Program-made: the position numbers and the translations under genes | Virus record (IMG/VR): IMGVR_UViG_3300010163_003618 | Origin: an uncultured virus (IMG/VR IMGVR_UViG_3300010163_003618) | Lineage: Duplodnaviria > Heunggongvirae > Uroviricota > Caudoviricetes | Reading direction: 5' to 3' (one strand) | DNA length: 20,000 nucleotides | In this document: positions 8,367 through 16,872 of the stretch, in pieces | Layout: each line of letters starts with the position of its first letter | Numbering within the stretch: position 1 is the first letter of the stretch | The notes under the pieces: model-generated | What the model saw: only the letters and a program-made list of their open reading frames with translations | Databases searched by the model: none | Told to the model about the DNA's origin: nothing

Positions 8367-9953
8367 ATGAAGCACATTAAAACTGAACAAAGACATGATG
8401 AGTTTAAAATGACATTTAATGAAAAAGTAATATTTACAATATTGAATTTATCTATGCTTTTAGCAGCTGGATTTTTCATTTGGAGAGGTACACCCAACAC
8501 TGATACATATTGGATGGTGGCAACAGGAGAGTACATAGTTCAAAATAGAGAAATACCAACCATCAATCCGTTTGTAATACACGATAACATGAGCATTATA
8601 ATACAACAATATACATATGATATATTGATATATTTATTATATACAAAACTGGGTAATTTTGGATTAATGATATTATGTTTTATAACATATGCAATAAGTT
8701 GTTATTTTATACATCAATATATAAAACTTGTTGCACATAACAAGTATACTTTATATTTAACAACATTTGCTACACAAATATTATTTGCTGTTGTACAATT
8801 AGCAATGGTATCAAGACCACAATCAATATCATTAATAAACATACTAGTAATATTAGTACAATTAGAAAAATATTCACAAACAAATAATAAAAAGCATTTA
8901 CTTGTATTACCAATTATATCATTATTAGAAATAAATATACATGCATCATTTTTCTTAATATTATTTGTATTTATGCTACCTTACTTATGTATAGAGAAAT
9001 TGCATATACAATCATTTAAAAAAGACATAACAGAATGGATAAAATCAAGAAAATATATAATATTAACAATGATTATAATGTTGATTACAGGATTTATTAA
9101 TCCTTATGGCATTGATAATATAATGTATCTAGCAAATTCCTATGGCTCAGCATCATATAATAATTTAATAGAAGAATTGCAAAAGCCAGAACTATCTAGT
9201 ATAACAGGTATAATGTGCATAATAGCAATAATAATGATAACAGTTTACATATGTGAATATAAAAAGAATGTAAAGATAAGTCATTTAACATTATGTGCAG
9301 GCACTATTATATTAGGATCAATGCATCACAGAAACTTATGGATAGTCTTTATAGGTATGATTCCAGTAATAACATCAGTTGTGAACAAGCAATTAGATGG
9401 AAGGAAGTTCAATGGATTTAATAATAGGAATACCATAATAGTAAGTATAACTTACTTGTTATTAAATATATTGATATTGTCAGCATTTATACAAGACAAT
9501 GGTTTAAAACTTAGGGAATTAAAAGACAATAACAGAACACCTGAATCAGCAGTAGAATATTTGAATACGCTTAATAAAGATGATTTAGTAATATATAACA
9601 GCTTCAATTCAGGTGGATACCTGGAGATGTACGGATATAAAGTTTATATAGATCAGCGTCCAGAGATATATCAGAAGTTAATCAACAACAAGGAAGACAT
9701 ATACACTGAATATGTAGAAGTTAATTATAAAAATAGTGTAGAAGCCATAAGAAAATTTCTAGAAAAGTACCATTTTACACATTTAATTGTAGGTGGTGGT
9801 ACAGATTTGCATTTATATCTTGAGTTACAAGATGATTACAAAGCAATAGTAAGTGTAAACAAGTCATATACATTATTTGAGCATACAAGTTTTAGGTCAA
9901 AAGAATCAAACAAAATAGAGGGACATCTAAAATATGAAGTTAACAAAGAATAG
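8367..9953 (+). CDS. Polytopic membrane protein, probable GT-C-fold glycosyltransferase-like (paralog 1)
   Basis: Many TM segments. D-x-Y-W-M after TM1, then IPTINPF, RPQ, NIHASF, INPYG and a soluble C-terminal domain with YN.FNSGGYL...YIDQRPE. Confidence 0.65.
   Translation: MKHIKTEQRHDEFKMTFNEKVIFTILNLSMLLAAGFFIWRGTPNTDTYWMVATGEYIVQNREIPTINPFVIHDNMSIIIQQYTYDILIYLLYTKLGNFGLMILCFITYAISCYFIHQYIKLVAHNKYTLYLTTFATQILFAVVQLAMVSRPQSISLINILVILVQLEKYSQTNNKKHLLVLPIISLLEINIHASFFLILFVFMLPYLCIEKLHIQSFKKDITEWIKSRKYIILTMIIMLITGFINPYGIDNIMYLANSYGSASYNNLIEELQKPELSSITGIMCIIAIIMITVYICEYKKNVKISHLTLCAGTIILGSMHHRNLWIVFIGMIPVITSVVNKQLDGRKFNGFNNRNTIIVSITYLLLNILILSAFIQDNGLKLRELKDNNRTPESAVEYLNTLNKDDLVIYNSFNSGGYLEMYGYKVYIDQRPEIYQKLINNKEDIYTEYVEVNYKNSVEAIRKFLEKYHFTHLIVGGGTDLHLYLELQDDYKAIVSVNKSYTLFEHTSFRSKESNKIEGHLKYEVNKE
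9603..9671 (+). repeat. 69-bp exact direct repeat, copy 1
   Basis: TTCAATTCAGGTGGATACCTGGAGATGTACGGATATAAAGTTTATATAGATCAGCGTCCAGAGATATAT, identical to 11092-11160. Confidence 0.95.
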
Positions 9954-11379
9954 AAAAAGAGTTTACACAGCATGCATAATAACACTATTTCTCTACAGCT
10001 TGGTAATGATAAAAACATTATTACCAAGCTCAGACATATACTGGATGATATCAACAGGTAGATTTATAGCAGAGCATGGGATACCTACAATCAATCCATT
10101 TACAATACATGAGAACTTTAGTATAATTATTCAACAGTGGTTATACGACGTTATAATATATAAGCTATACAGTGCAGCAGAGTTCAATGCCATATTTGTA
10201 TTTTCAGCATTAACATATTTAATGTTTTTCATACTTCTGTATAAGTATATAAAAATACTGTCAAATAATATATACACATCTTTAAATTTAACATTGATCT
10301 TTGGATTTATAATAGCAAGACTTCAACATATGTTTGTAAACAGACCACAATTTATATCATTAATATTAATATTAGTAGCATATATAGTCATAGAGAAGTA
10401 TAAGCATACAAATAATAAAAAATATTTAGTAATATTGCCTATGGTATCAATAATACAAGCTAATATACATTCTTCATTCTTACTAGTAACATTTGTAATG
10501 ATACTGCCACATCTTTGTAAAGAATTTTTCAATAAGAAAACAGTATATTGGATAAAAAGTAAAAAAGCTTTATTTATATCCTTTATATGCATGATCTTAG
10601 TATCTATAATAAATCCATATAAATTACAGGGCATAACATATTTGATTAAATCATATAGAGAAGTAGTAGAAAACATAGCTATAGTAGAATTAAGAAAACC
10701 TATATTTTTAAGTGTCGAAGGGATAATAATGATAGCATGTATATGTATAATAGCAATATATGTGTACATATACAAAGATAACTTAAGAATAACATATATA
10801 ACAATGTCAATTGGCACACTTATATTAGGACTTATGCATTATAGAAATATATGGTTAGCAGTTATAGGAGTTATACCATTGATTTCCACACTGTTACAAA
10901 ACAGACAATATGAGGACTTTGAACAATATAAGACAGTAGCAACATGTATAGTGTTAGGAATCATAAGTTTAATTTTGGCAGTATGCATGATAAAATCAAC
11001 TTATAAATCAGAAGAAGATAACAGTGTAAGACCTGAATTAGCAGTTGAATATCTTAATAATTATCAAGGTGAAATAAAATTATACAATGATTTCAATTCA
11101 GGTGGATACCTGGAGATGTACGGATATAAAGTTTATATAGATCAGCGTCCAGAGATATATGAATCAGCAATAAATAATCAAAAAGACATATATTCAGAAT
11201 ATATAAATTTGAATTATAATTCAAATACAGATGAATTAAAAAGTATACTTGATAAATATAATTTTACACATATGATTATTAGGAAAGGTACAACATTAGA
11301 TATGATTGTACAACTTCAATCAGATTATAAAGTAGTTGTAGATAGTACAGATTATAAGTTATTGGAGCATGTTAAATAA
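9934..11379 (+). CDS. Polytopic membrane protein, probable GT-C-fold glycosyltransferase-like (paralog 2)
   Basis: Same motif order as 8367..9953 (DIYWM, IPTINPF, RPQ, NIHSSF, INPY, GGYLEMYGYKVYIDQRPEIY). Overlaps paralog 1 by 20 nt. Confidence 0.65.
   Translation: MKLTKNRKRVYTACIITLFLYSLVMIKTLLPSSDIYWMISTGRFIAEHGIPTINPFTIHENFSIIIQQWLYDVIIYKLYSAAEFNAIFVFSALTYLMFFILLYKYIKILSNNIYTSLNLTLIFGFIIARLQHMFVNRPQFISLILILVAYIVIEKYKHTNNKKYLVILPMVSIIQANIHSSFLLVTFVMILPHLCKEFFNKKTVYWIKSKKALFISFICMILVSIINPYKLQGITYLIKSYREVVENIAIVELRKPIFLSVEGIIMIACICIIAIYVYIYKDNLRITYITMSIGTLILGLMHYRNIWLAVIGVIPLISTLLQNRQYEDFEQYKTVATCIVLGIISLILAVCMIKSTYKSEEDNSVRPELAVEYLNNYQGEIKLYNDFNSGGYLEMYGYKVYIDQRPEIYESAINNQKDIYSEYINLNYNSNTDELKSILDKYNFTHMIIRKGTTLDMIVQLQSDYKVVVDSTDYKLLEHVK
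11092..11160 (+). repeat. 69-bp exact direct repeat, copy 2
   Basis: Identical to 9603-9671. The flanking bases differ on both sides. Confidence 0.95.
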
Positions 11380-11451
11380 AAGTTGTTGCTATGTATTTAG
11401 GCTCAAAAATATTGTAGATATAATTTTTAATAAGAATTGGAGGGAATAATA

Positions 11452-11952
11452 ATGAGTGAAACATCTAATAAAACAGTTTTAGACCTGGCAAAGGATCAAG
11501 GAGCAGTAGCAATTAAATTAGTGCTTTACGCTTCAGCATATTATTCAGAAGCAGAATATACAGAGGAAATTGTGTTGCTTACTGCAGATTATGCAAAGTA
11601 CATTGAGGGTAAAGTAGAGATAGACCCTTTTGGCAAAACAGTTATATCTATCCCTGAACTTGATGGTAAGTTTTCTGAAACAGAAGGTGAGATTGATGTA
11701 GAGTTCATCACAGAAGATGATTTGAAGAATGATGACTTATGTCTTTATGACTTATCAGAAGATGGTGAGTACTTAAGAAATTATTTATTTAGCAGTGATT
11801 CAGAGTTGAGGGATCAGTTAAAGGCTAATTTCAATGAGTACTATGATAAGATAGATTACTTTAAAACAATAAAGGTGTCAGTAAGAAAAAGTCAAATACA
11901 ACAGGTCAGAGACTTTGTAAATAAACTAAATAATGAAAGTGGTAATGAGTAA
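11452..11952 (+). CDS. Acidic hypothetical protein
   Basis: GGAGG at 11439-11443 favours ATG 11452. The stop overlaps the next start (TAATG). Confidence 0.75.
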   Translation: MSETSNKTVLDLAKDQGAVAIKLVLYASAYYSEAEYTEEIVLLTADYAKYIEGKVEIDPFGKTVISIPELDGKFSETEGEIDVEFITEDDLKNDDLCLYDLSEDGEYLRNYLFSSDSELRDQLKANFNEYYDKIDYFKTIKVSVRKSQIQQVRDFVNKLNNESGNE

Positions 11953-12443
11953 TGAAAGATATCTTTACTAAAAGAGAAGCATTACAAATAGCCTATCATG
12001 AAATGGCACATATTATTGTAAAAGAACATTTTGGCGGTGAGATAGATACAATAACAATAGACATAGACGGGATTAAGGTAACATTTAAAAACTCAGCTGA
12101 TCTTCCAAAATGTAGTATGTACCAAGACATATGTGTAGCAACAGCAGGGTTTGTAGCAGAGAACATGTATTTTAGTAACATAGTTGACTTTGAAAATCAG
12201 AGTGATACACTATTTGTAACCAGGTTGCTTGAGAACATTGGAGCATTTATAGACGAGATAATGAGAAAAGCAGTCAGTGATATCAAAGATATCCTTATAG
12301 ACAACAAGGATAGGCTAGAAGGCTTAGCAAATCAATTGAGTGATATCATTGTAGATTGGGATACAAATAGATATAACGGAGATGCAAAGAAAATAATTTT
12401 AAGCTACAATAAAAAAGATAATACAATAACAAAGAAAGGGTAA
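11952..12443 (+). CDS. Stand-alone zinc metallopeptidase, M41 (FtsH protease domain)-like
   Basis: IAYHEMAH (HExxH), then ITI..DG, AGFVAE (third-ligand-type Glu) and SD. No AAA domain or obvious TM segment. Confidence 0.7.
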   Translation: MKDIFTKREALQIAYHEMAHIIVKEHFGGEIDTITIDIDGIKVTFKNSADLPKCSMYQDICVATAGFVAENMYFSNIVDFENQSDTLFVTRLLENIGAFIDEIMRKAVSDIKDILIDNKDRLEGLANQLSDIIVDWDTNRYNGDAKKIILSYNKKDNTITKKG

Positions 12444-12453
12444 AGGTAACAAA

Positions 12454-14133
12454 ATGAGTGAAGTATCTAACCAGAAAATGGATTTAGTTGTGTCCTTTGA
12501 TACAACAGGTAGTATGTATCCTGTATTGTCACAGGTAAGACAGGAGGTACAGAAGTTTGTACATCAGATGTTTGATGATTTTACAGATTTAAGATTAGGA
12601 ATCATTGCACATGGTGATTATTGTGATTACAATAATCCATATACAATTCGTATTATGGATATGACAAGAGATGAGGATAAGATCTGTGACTTTGTAATGG
12701 AAACAAAAAAGACATTTGGTGGTGATGCAGATGAATGTTATGAGTTGGTATTAAATTCTGCTCATAAGCGACTCAATTGGAGAAGTGATGCAACTAAGAT
12801 CATGATCATGATTGGTGATGCAGCCCCTCATGGAGTATACTATAGAGACAATGAAGAGCATTTGGATTGGCAGATAGAAGCTAAGAAGATTGCTAGTCAG
12901 GGTATTAAAGTATTTGCAGTACATGCATTGTCATATTATAGGTCATCATCTAAAGGTTTTTACAAACAGGTGGCAGATATCACAGACGGAGTGTATTTAA
13001 CACTTGACCAGTTCAGTGATATTATTAATCTTATTAAGGCTACTTGTTATCAGCAGGGTGGAGAAGAGCAGCTTAATAAGTTTATATCTATCATTAGAGA
13101 CAATGGTGAACTCACTCACTCAATGAAAAACAACTTCAAGAGATTAAAAGGTGAGATAGTAGAGGATGGGGTTGAGCATAGAAGTTCAGAATATAGAAGA
13201 TCATCCTACAGGAGAAGCAGTAGGGATGAGGATGTGACCATTAAAGAAATGGGTGAACTTGTTCCTGTAATGCCTGGTAGATTCCAGATCATGACAGTAG
13301 ATGAAAACTGTGATATCAAGGGATTCGTTGAGAAGAATGGTATTGCATTCAAGAAGGGTAGAGGATTCTACGAACTGTCTAAGGCTGAAACAGTACAGCA
13401 GTATAAAGAAGTGATCATGCAGGATAGAGAAACCGGTGAGATGTTTAACGGTTCTCAGGTACGTGAGAAGTTAGGACTTCAGCCCCAGAGTGAAAAGGGT
13501 GGAGTAAATGAGAGACTGCATAAGGCAGATGCAGAGAAATTCAGGGTATTTGTACAGAGTACATCAGTTAATCGTAAGTTGATTGCTGGAACAACTTTCC
13601 TTTATGAGGTGTCAGACCTTGAGGATACAGGTACTGTAATTGAGGAGAGTAAAGTAGCACCTGTAGAAAAGGTTGATGCTAAGACAGAAAAGGTTGAGGC
13701 TAAGACAGAAAAGAAGAGCAAGAAGAAATCTAAGAAGGCACCTGAAAAGAAGGTTGCAAAAGAAACCATAGCTGAGGCTGCAGAGAAAGTTGTAGTAGTA
13801 AATCCTGCATTCTCAGAAGGTGTAGTAGTAAATCCTGCATTCTCGGAGCCTGTAGGTAAATTGGCAGACACACTTGGAATTGATACAAGCAAGATTGATA
13901 CAAGTTCATCAGCAGTCGATAAAAAAGATAAGGGGCCTAAGAAGGCAACTAAGGCTAAAAAGGCAGTTGATAGAACAAGAATTGAAAAGGCAATAGCCAA
14001 TGTTCAGGAAGGTTTAAGCAGGTATGAATTAAGTACAAACAAGAAGAATACAACTTATCTTGTAAACAATATTAAGAAGCTTGTTGCAGAAGCAAACAAA
14101 ATCATAGCACTCATTGAGGATTCCGAGGAGTAA
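12454..14133 (+). CDS. vWA domain protein with second globular domain and Lys-rich low-complexity tail
   Basis: MIDAS-type DLVVSFDTTGSM, GGDADECYE, LNWR, MIGDAAPH. Second domain contains FKKGRGFYEL...FVQSTSVNRKL. Tail is K/E/A-rich. Confidence 0.85.
   Translation: MSEVSNQKMDLVVSFDTTGSMYPVLSQVRQEVQKFVHQMFDDFTDLRLGIIAHGDYCDYNNPYTIRIMDMTRDEDKICDFVMETKKTFGGDADECYELVLNSAHKRLNWRSDATKIMIMIGDAAPHGVYYRDNEEHLDWQIEAKKIASQGIKVFAVHALSYYRSSSKGFYKQVADITDGVYLTLDQFSDIINLIKATCYQQGGEEQLNKFISIIRDNGELTHSMKNNFKRLKGEIVEDGVEHRSSEYRRSSYRRSSRDEDVTIKEMGELVPVMPGRFQIMTVDENCDIKGFVEKNGIAFKKGRGFYELSKAETVQQYKEVIMQDRETGEMFNGSQVREKLGLQPQSEKGGVNERLHKADAEKFRVFVQSTSVNRKLIAGTTFLYEVSDLEDTGTVIEESKVAPVEKVDAKTEKVEAKTEKKSKKKSKKAPEKKVAKETIAEAAEKVVVVNPAFSEGVVVNPAFSEPVGKLADTLGIDTSKIDTSSSAVDKKDKGPKKATKAKKAVDRTRIEKAIANVQEGLSRYELSTNKKNTTYLVNNIKKLVAEANKIIALIEDSEE
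13665..13713 (+). repeat. In-frame 21-bp tandem repeat (EKVD/EAKT x2.3)
   Basis: AGAAAAGGTTGATGCTAAGAC, AGAAAAGGTTGAGGCTAAGAC, AGAAAAG. Confidence 0.85.
13791..13844 (+). repeat. In-frame 30-bp-period duplication (VVVNPAFSE x2)
   Basis: TGTAGTAGTAAATCCTGCATTCTC at 13791-13814 and 13821-13844. Confidence 0.9.
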
Positions 14134-14141
14134 CAAGAAAT

Positions 14142-14183
14142 AAAATACCAGTTAGCCTTTACCATAGGTTAACTGGTATTTTT
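14142..14183 (+). terminator. Rho-independent terminator
   Basis: AAAATACCAGTTAGCCT ... AGGTTAACTGGTATTTTT. Confidence 0.8.
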
Positions 14184-14205
14184 CTAATTTTTTTGTACAT
14201 AGATA

Positions 14206-14235
14206 TTGACAAAATGTATATAAGTATGGTATAAT
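14206..14235 (+). promoter_or_regulatory. Consensus sigmaA promoter with extended -10
   Basis: TTGACA (14206-14211), 18 nt, TATAAT (14230-14235). Near-identical to the promoter at 6546. Confidence 0.85.
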
Positions 14236-14268
14236 GTAATAAGAAAAATTATAGAAAGAAGGTAAAAA

Positions 14269-14625
14269 ATGAAAGAGAACCTTTTAATTAATCATTTTAT
14301 AAAATATAACAGACAGTGTGGTAGCTTAATTAAACTTTTTCCACCTGTAATATGTAATGATGGTGAATTTTTATCAGTGCAGGCAAGTGAGAGTCATCAT
14401 TGTAACCCTATGGAGACACTTGAGAAATCACAGTTTTCTGACTACAACAGTGTGGAGATATATACTTCATTAGAGGATGATCTCCTGAAACGGTACGCAA
14501 TTGACTTTGAGCATGAGTATCATTTTGTGCCAATTGATATAGTCAATACAATCATTGAAAAACATGGAGGAATCAATGACAAGGCTGTAGAAGAATATAT
14601 AAATAACAATAAAGAGAGGAGATAA
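14269..14625 (+). CDS. Hypothetical protein (phage-like)
   Basis: 118-aa ORF with RBS AAGGT. Pattern C.DG..LSVQAS..H.C.P...VP...I..HGGI, which I recall from phage hypotheticals; function unknown. Confidence 0.75.
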   Translation: MKENLLINHFIKYNRQCGSLIKLFPPVICNDGEFLSVQASESHHCNPMETLEKSQFSDYNSVEIYTSLEDDLLKRYAIDFEHEYHFVPIDIVNTIIEKHGGINDKAVEEYINNNKERR

Positions 14626-14631
14626 GAAAGT

Positions 14632-15483
14632 ATGCTCACAATTAACAATCAGGAGTTTGGAAGACCAGAGTTTCACAATGGTGAAGCAATTTATCATGGA
14701 GTGAGTCTCAGTGAAGAAGCAGTTAATACTATTGAGATGATGTTTGAGGATAACCGGGACATCACAAATCTCATATTTGCTGTGCACTATATTAGGGATA
14801 AGACACCCAAGGCAAATATTGAACTCATTATGATGTATATACCATACAGTAGAATGGATAGAGAGATCCCTGAAGGAAACCAGCTGTTCAGCATGAAGTA
14901 CTTTGCTCAGATTTTGGCAGACCTTAAGATTAACAAAGTGTATGTGCTGGATCCTCATAGTCATGTAAGTACAGATCTCTTTAAGGAGTATGGGGTTAAG
15001 TATCTGGAATTTAACGTAACAGAGTATATTAGTGAGGCTATTAGTAAGTTTAAGGCAGATTACTTATTCTTCCCTGACAAGGGGGCATGTAGTAAGTATG
15101 TGGATTTAATTCATAATACTGCAAATAATATCAGCCTTGATTACTTCTACGGAACAAAGCGGCGTGACCTTGCAAATAAGGGTAAAATCATTGAAGATGA
15201 ATATGAACTTCATGATGTGCCTAGTAATATCAAAGGTACTAATATTCTGATCGTAGATGACCTTGTAAGCCTTGGTGGTACAGCATATATTGCAGGTAAG
15301 AAGCTCAAGGAGGCAGGGGCAGGTAAGGTAGCATTATATATTTCACATTGTGAAAACGGGATATTCGTAGGGAAGCTGTTAAAACCTGAGGAAGACACAG
15401 GTAAATACGTGATTGATCATGTATATACAGCTGGAACAATTCCACTTACAAGTAGAGATGAACATTTGACAGAGGTAGGATGA
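14632..15483 (+). CDS. prs: Ribose-phosphate pyrophosphokinase-like protein (possible ADPR-PP synthetase, Adps-like)
   Basis: YIPYSRMDR, LDPHS, FPDKGA, K.RD...G.I, the PRTase loop ILIVDDLVSLGGT and LYISH. Shortened, divergent N-terminus. Confidence 0.85.
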   Translation: MLTINNQEFGRPEFHNGEAIYHGVSLSEEAVNTIEMMFEDNRDITNLIFAVHYIRDKTPKANIELIMMYIPYSRMDREIPEGNQLFSMKYFAQILADLKINKVYVLDPHSHVSTDLFKEYGVKYLEFNVTEYISEAISKFKADYLFFPDKGACSKYVDLIHNTANNISLDYFYGTKRRDLANKGKIIEDEYELHDVPSNIKGTNILIVDDLVSLGGTAYIAGKKLKEAGAGKVALYISHCENGIFVGKLLKPEEDTGKYVIDHVYTAGTIPLTSRDEHLTEVG

Positions 15484-15518
15484 TAGATTAACAGTAGACA
15501 ACCTAATAAAGTTTTAAT

Positions 15519-15570
15519 AAATGAGTGGTACATACTACAGAAAATATAGATGTACCACTCATTTTATTTT
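15519..15570 (+). terminator. Rho-independent terminator
   Basis: AAATGAGTGGTACAT (15519-15533) pairs with ATGTACCACTCATTT (15550-15564), then TATTTT. Confidence 0.75.
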
Positions 15571-15600
15571 CAACAAAAATGGAAAAATACGGAATAATAA

Positions 15601-15629
15601 TTGACAAATTGTCAAAAATAATATATAAT
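15601..15629 (+). promoter_or_regulatory. Consensus sigmaA promoter with palindrome over the -35 box
   Basis: TTGACA (15601-15606), 17 nt, TATAAT (15624-15629). Dyad TTGACAA-A-TTGTCAA at 15601-15615. Confidence 0.8.
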
Positions 15630-15664
15630 TGTAAATAAAAAACGAAAAGGAAGATAACAAGAAC

Positions 15665-16237
15665 ATGAAACAGATGAGGCTTAGAGATTATGTATTTAAC
15701 ATTGGAATTGCATTGATAATTGTATTTTTAATTTTTGCATTACAAAACATAAGACTAGAAGCATCAACTAGAGTAGATACAAGCATTGAGAGTATGGCAG
15801 TTAGTCCATCGAGTAAGCAAATAAATATTATAGATAATAATTTTATTAATGATTTTAGTAAAAAAATTATTGATAATACACAGGATAACTTAAATAATAC
15901 ATGGATAAATGGATTTGAAATACCACAATATATTAGATGTACAGGATACTGTGATTATGGATACACCAAGAGTGGCGAGTATACCCGTGAAGGAATTGTA
16001 GCAGGCAAAGAAGAATGGTTAGGTAAGTCATGTTATATTTATAGTATAAATCCTAATGGTAGCTGTGGTGAACTTATAGGAATATATGAGTTTCTTGATA
16101 CTGGATATGGTATAGATGGAAGTTTAATAGATGGAACATCAATTGACATATGGTTTCCCTCAGAAGATGAAGTATGGAATTGGATGAGGACATATGGAGA
16201 TTATGTATACATCCAGATTATGGATGCTGTAGGTTAA
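15665..16237 (+). CDS. Membrane-anchored 3D-domain-like (MltA-related) cell-wall protein
   Basis: N-terminal TM. C-terminal CTGY...TKSG...GIVA...DTG...IDIWF pattern. The first Asp of the triad appears to be Gly (IVAG). Confidence 0.6.
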   Translation: MKQMRLRDYVFNIGIALIIVFLIFALQNIRLEASTRVDTSIESMAVSPSSKQINIIDNNFINDFSKKIIDNTQDNLNNTWINGFEIPQYIRCTGYCDYGYTKSGEYTREGIVAGKEEWLGKSCYIYSINPNGSCGELIGIYEFLDTGYGIDGSLIDGTSIDIWFPSEDEVWNWMRTYGDYVYIQIMDAVG

Positions 16238-16266
16238 AACAAGATAATTGAACTAGGAGGTCAAAC

Positions 16267-16671
16267 ATGGAAACAGTTTATTTAGTAGTAAATGAGTCAA
16301 GATTAGTCTTTGCATCATATGATGAAGACACAGCAGAATCAAAATGTCAACAATTACTTGATTCGGCAATCAGCGATGAAATTGAAGAATCAGGTAGGGA
16401 TGAAGAAGATTTGACAGATGATGAATATGCAGAGTTTGCATATTCAAATGCATATAATGGTGGATATTACTATTGTGAGGGAGTGTCATTTGATAAGAAA
16501 GATGAAATAGTGACAACCAGTAAGGGAGATGAGTTTACATGCAATGACATTATGCACATGCTGGAAGCATCTCAGATAGATAATGATGATATTTTGGATG
16601 ATTTAGATTTTGATGAACTTGATGAATACGACTTTGAGAATGAAAAATATAACTTTGGAGATGAAGAATAA
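16267..16671 (+). CDS. Highly acidic hypothetical protein
   Basis: RBS AGGAGG at 16255-16260. D/E-rich throughout. Confidence 0.8.
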   Translation: METVYLVVNESRLVFASYDEDTAESKCQQLLDSAISDEIEESGRDEEDLTDDEYAEFAYSNAYNGGYYYCEGVSFDKKDEIVTTSKGDEFTCNDIMHMLEASQIDNDDILDDLDFDELDEYDFENEKYNFGDEE

Positions 16672-16723
16672 TAAATAGAAAAATACCAATAGGCATGACT
16701 TAAAAATATTTTGTAATTAACTA

Positions 16724-16752
16724 TTGACAAAATGGTTTAATAGATGTATAAT
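16724..16752 (+). promoter_or_regulatory. Consensus sigmaA promoter
   Basis: TTGACA (16724-16729), 17 nt, TATAAT (16747-16752). Shares 22 bp with the promoter at 4952. Confidence 0.85.
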
Positions 16753-16760
16753 AATTATAA

Positions 16761-16793
16761 AGTTAAGGGAAATGATATTAATTTCCCTTAACT
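16761..16793 (+). promoter_or_regulatory. Perfect 13-bp inverted repeat at the predicted transcript 5' end
   Basis: AGTTAAGGGAAAT (16761-16773) pairs with ATTTCCCTTAACT (16781-16793). No T-tail. Confidence 0.6.
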
Positions 16794-16872
16794 AAAGAAC
16801 ATACTTATGTATATATTGTAAATAAGTAATATACAAGAACATAGTATAAGAAAGGAGACAGAAGAGGGGAGA

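Noticed and set aside
12454..14133. Calling the vWA protein TerY
   Set aside because: It is much larger, has extra domains, lies over 8 kb from the ter genes and lacks the adjacent PP2C phosphatase and kinase of the TerY triad.
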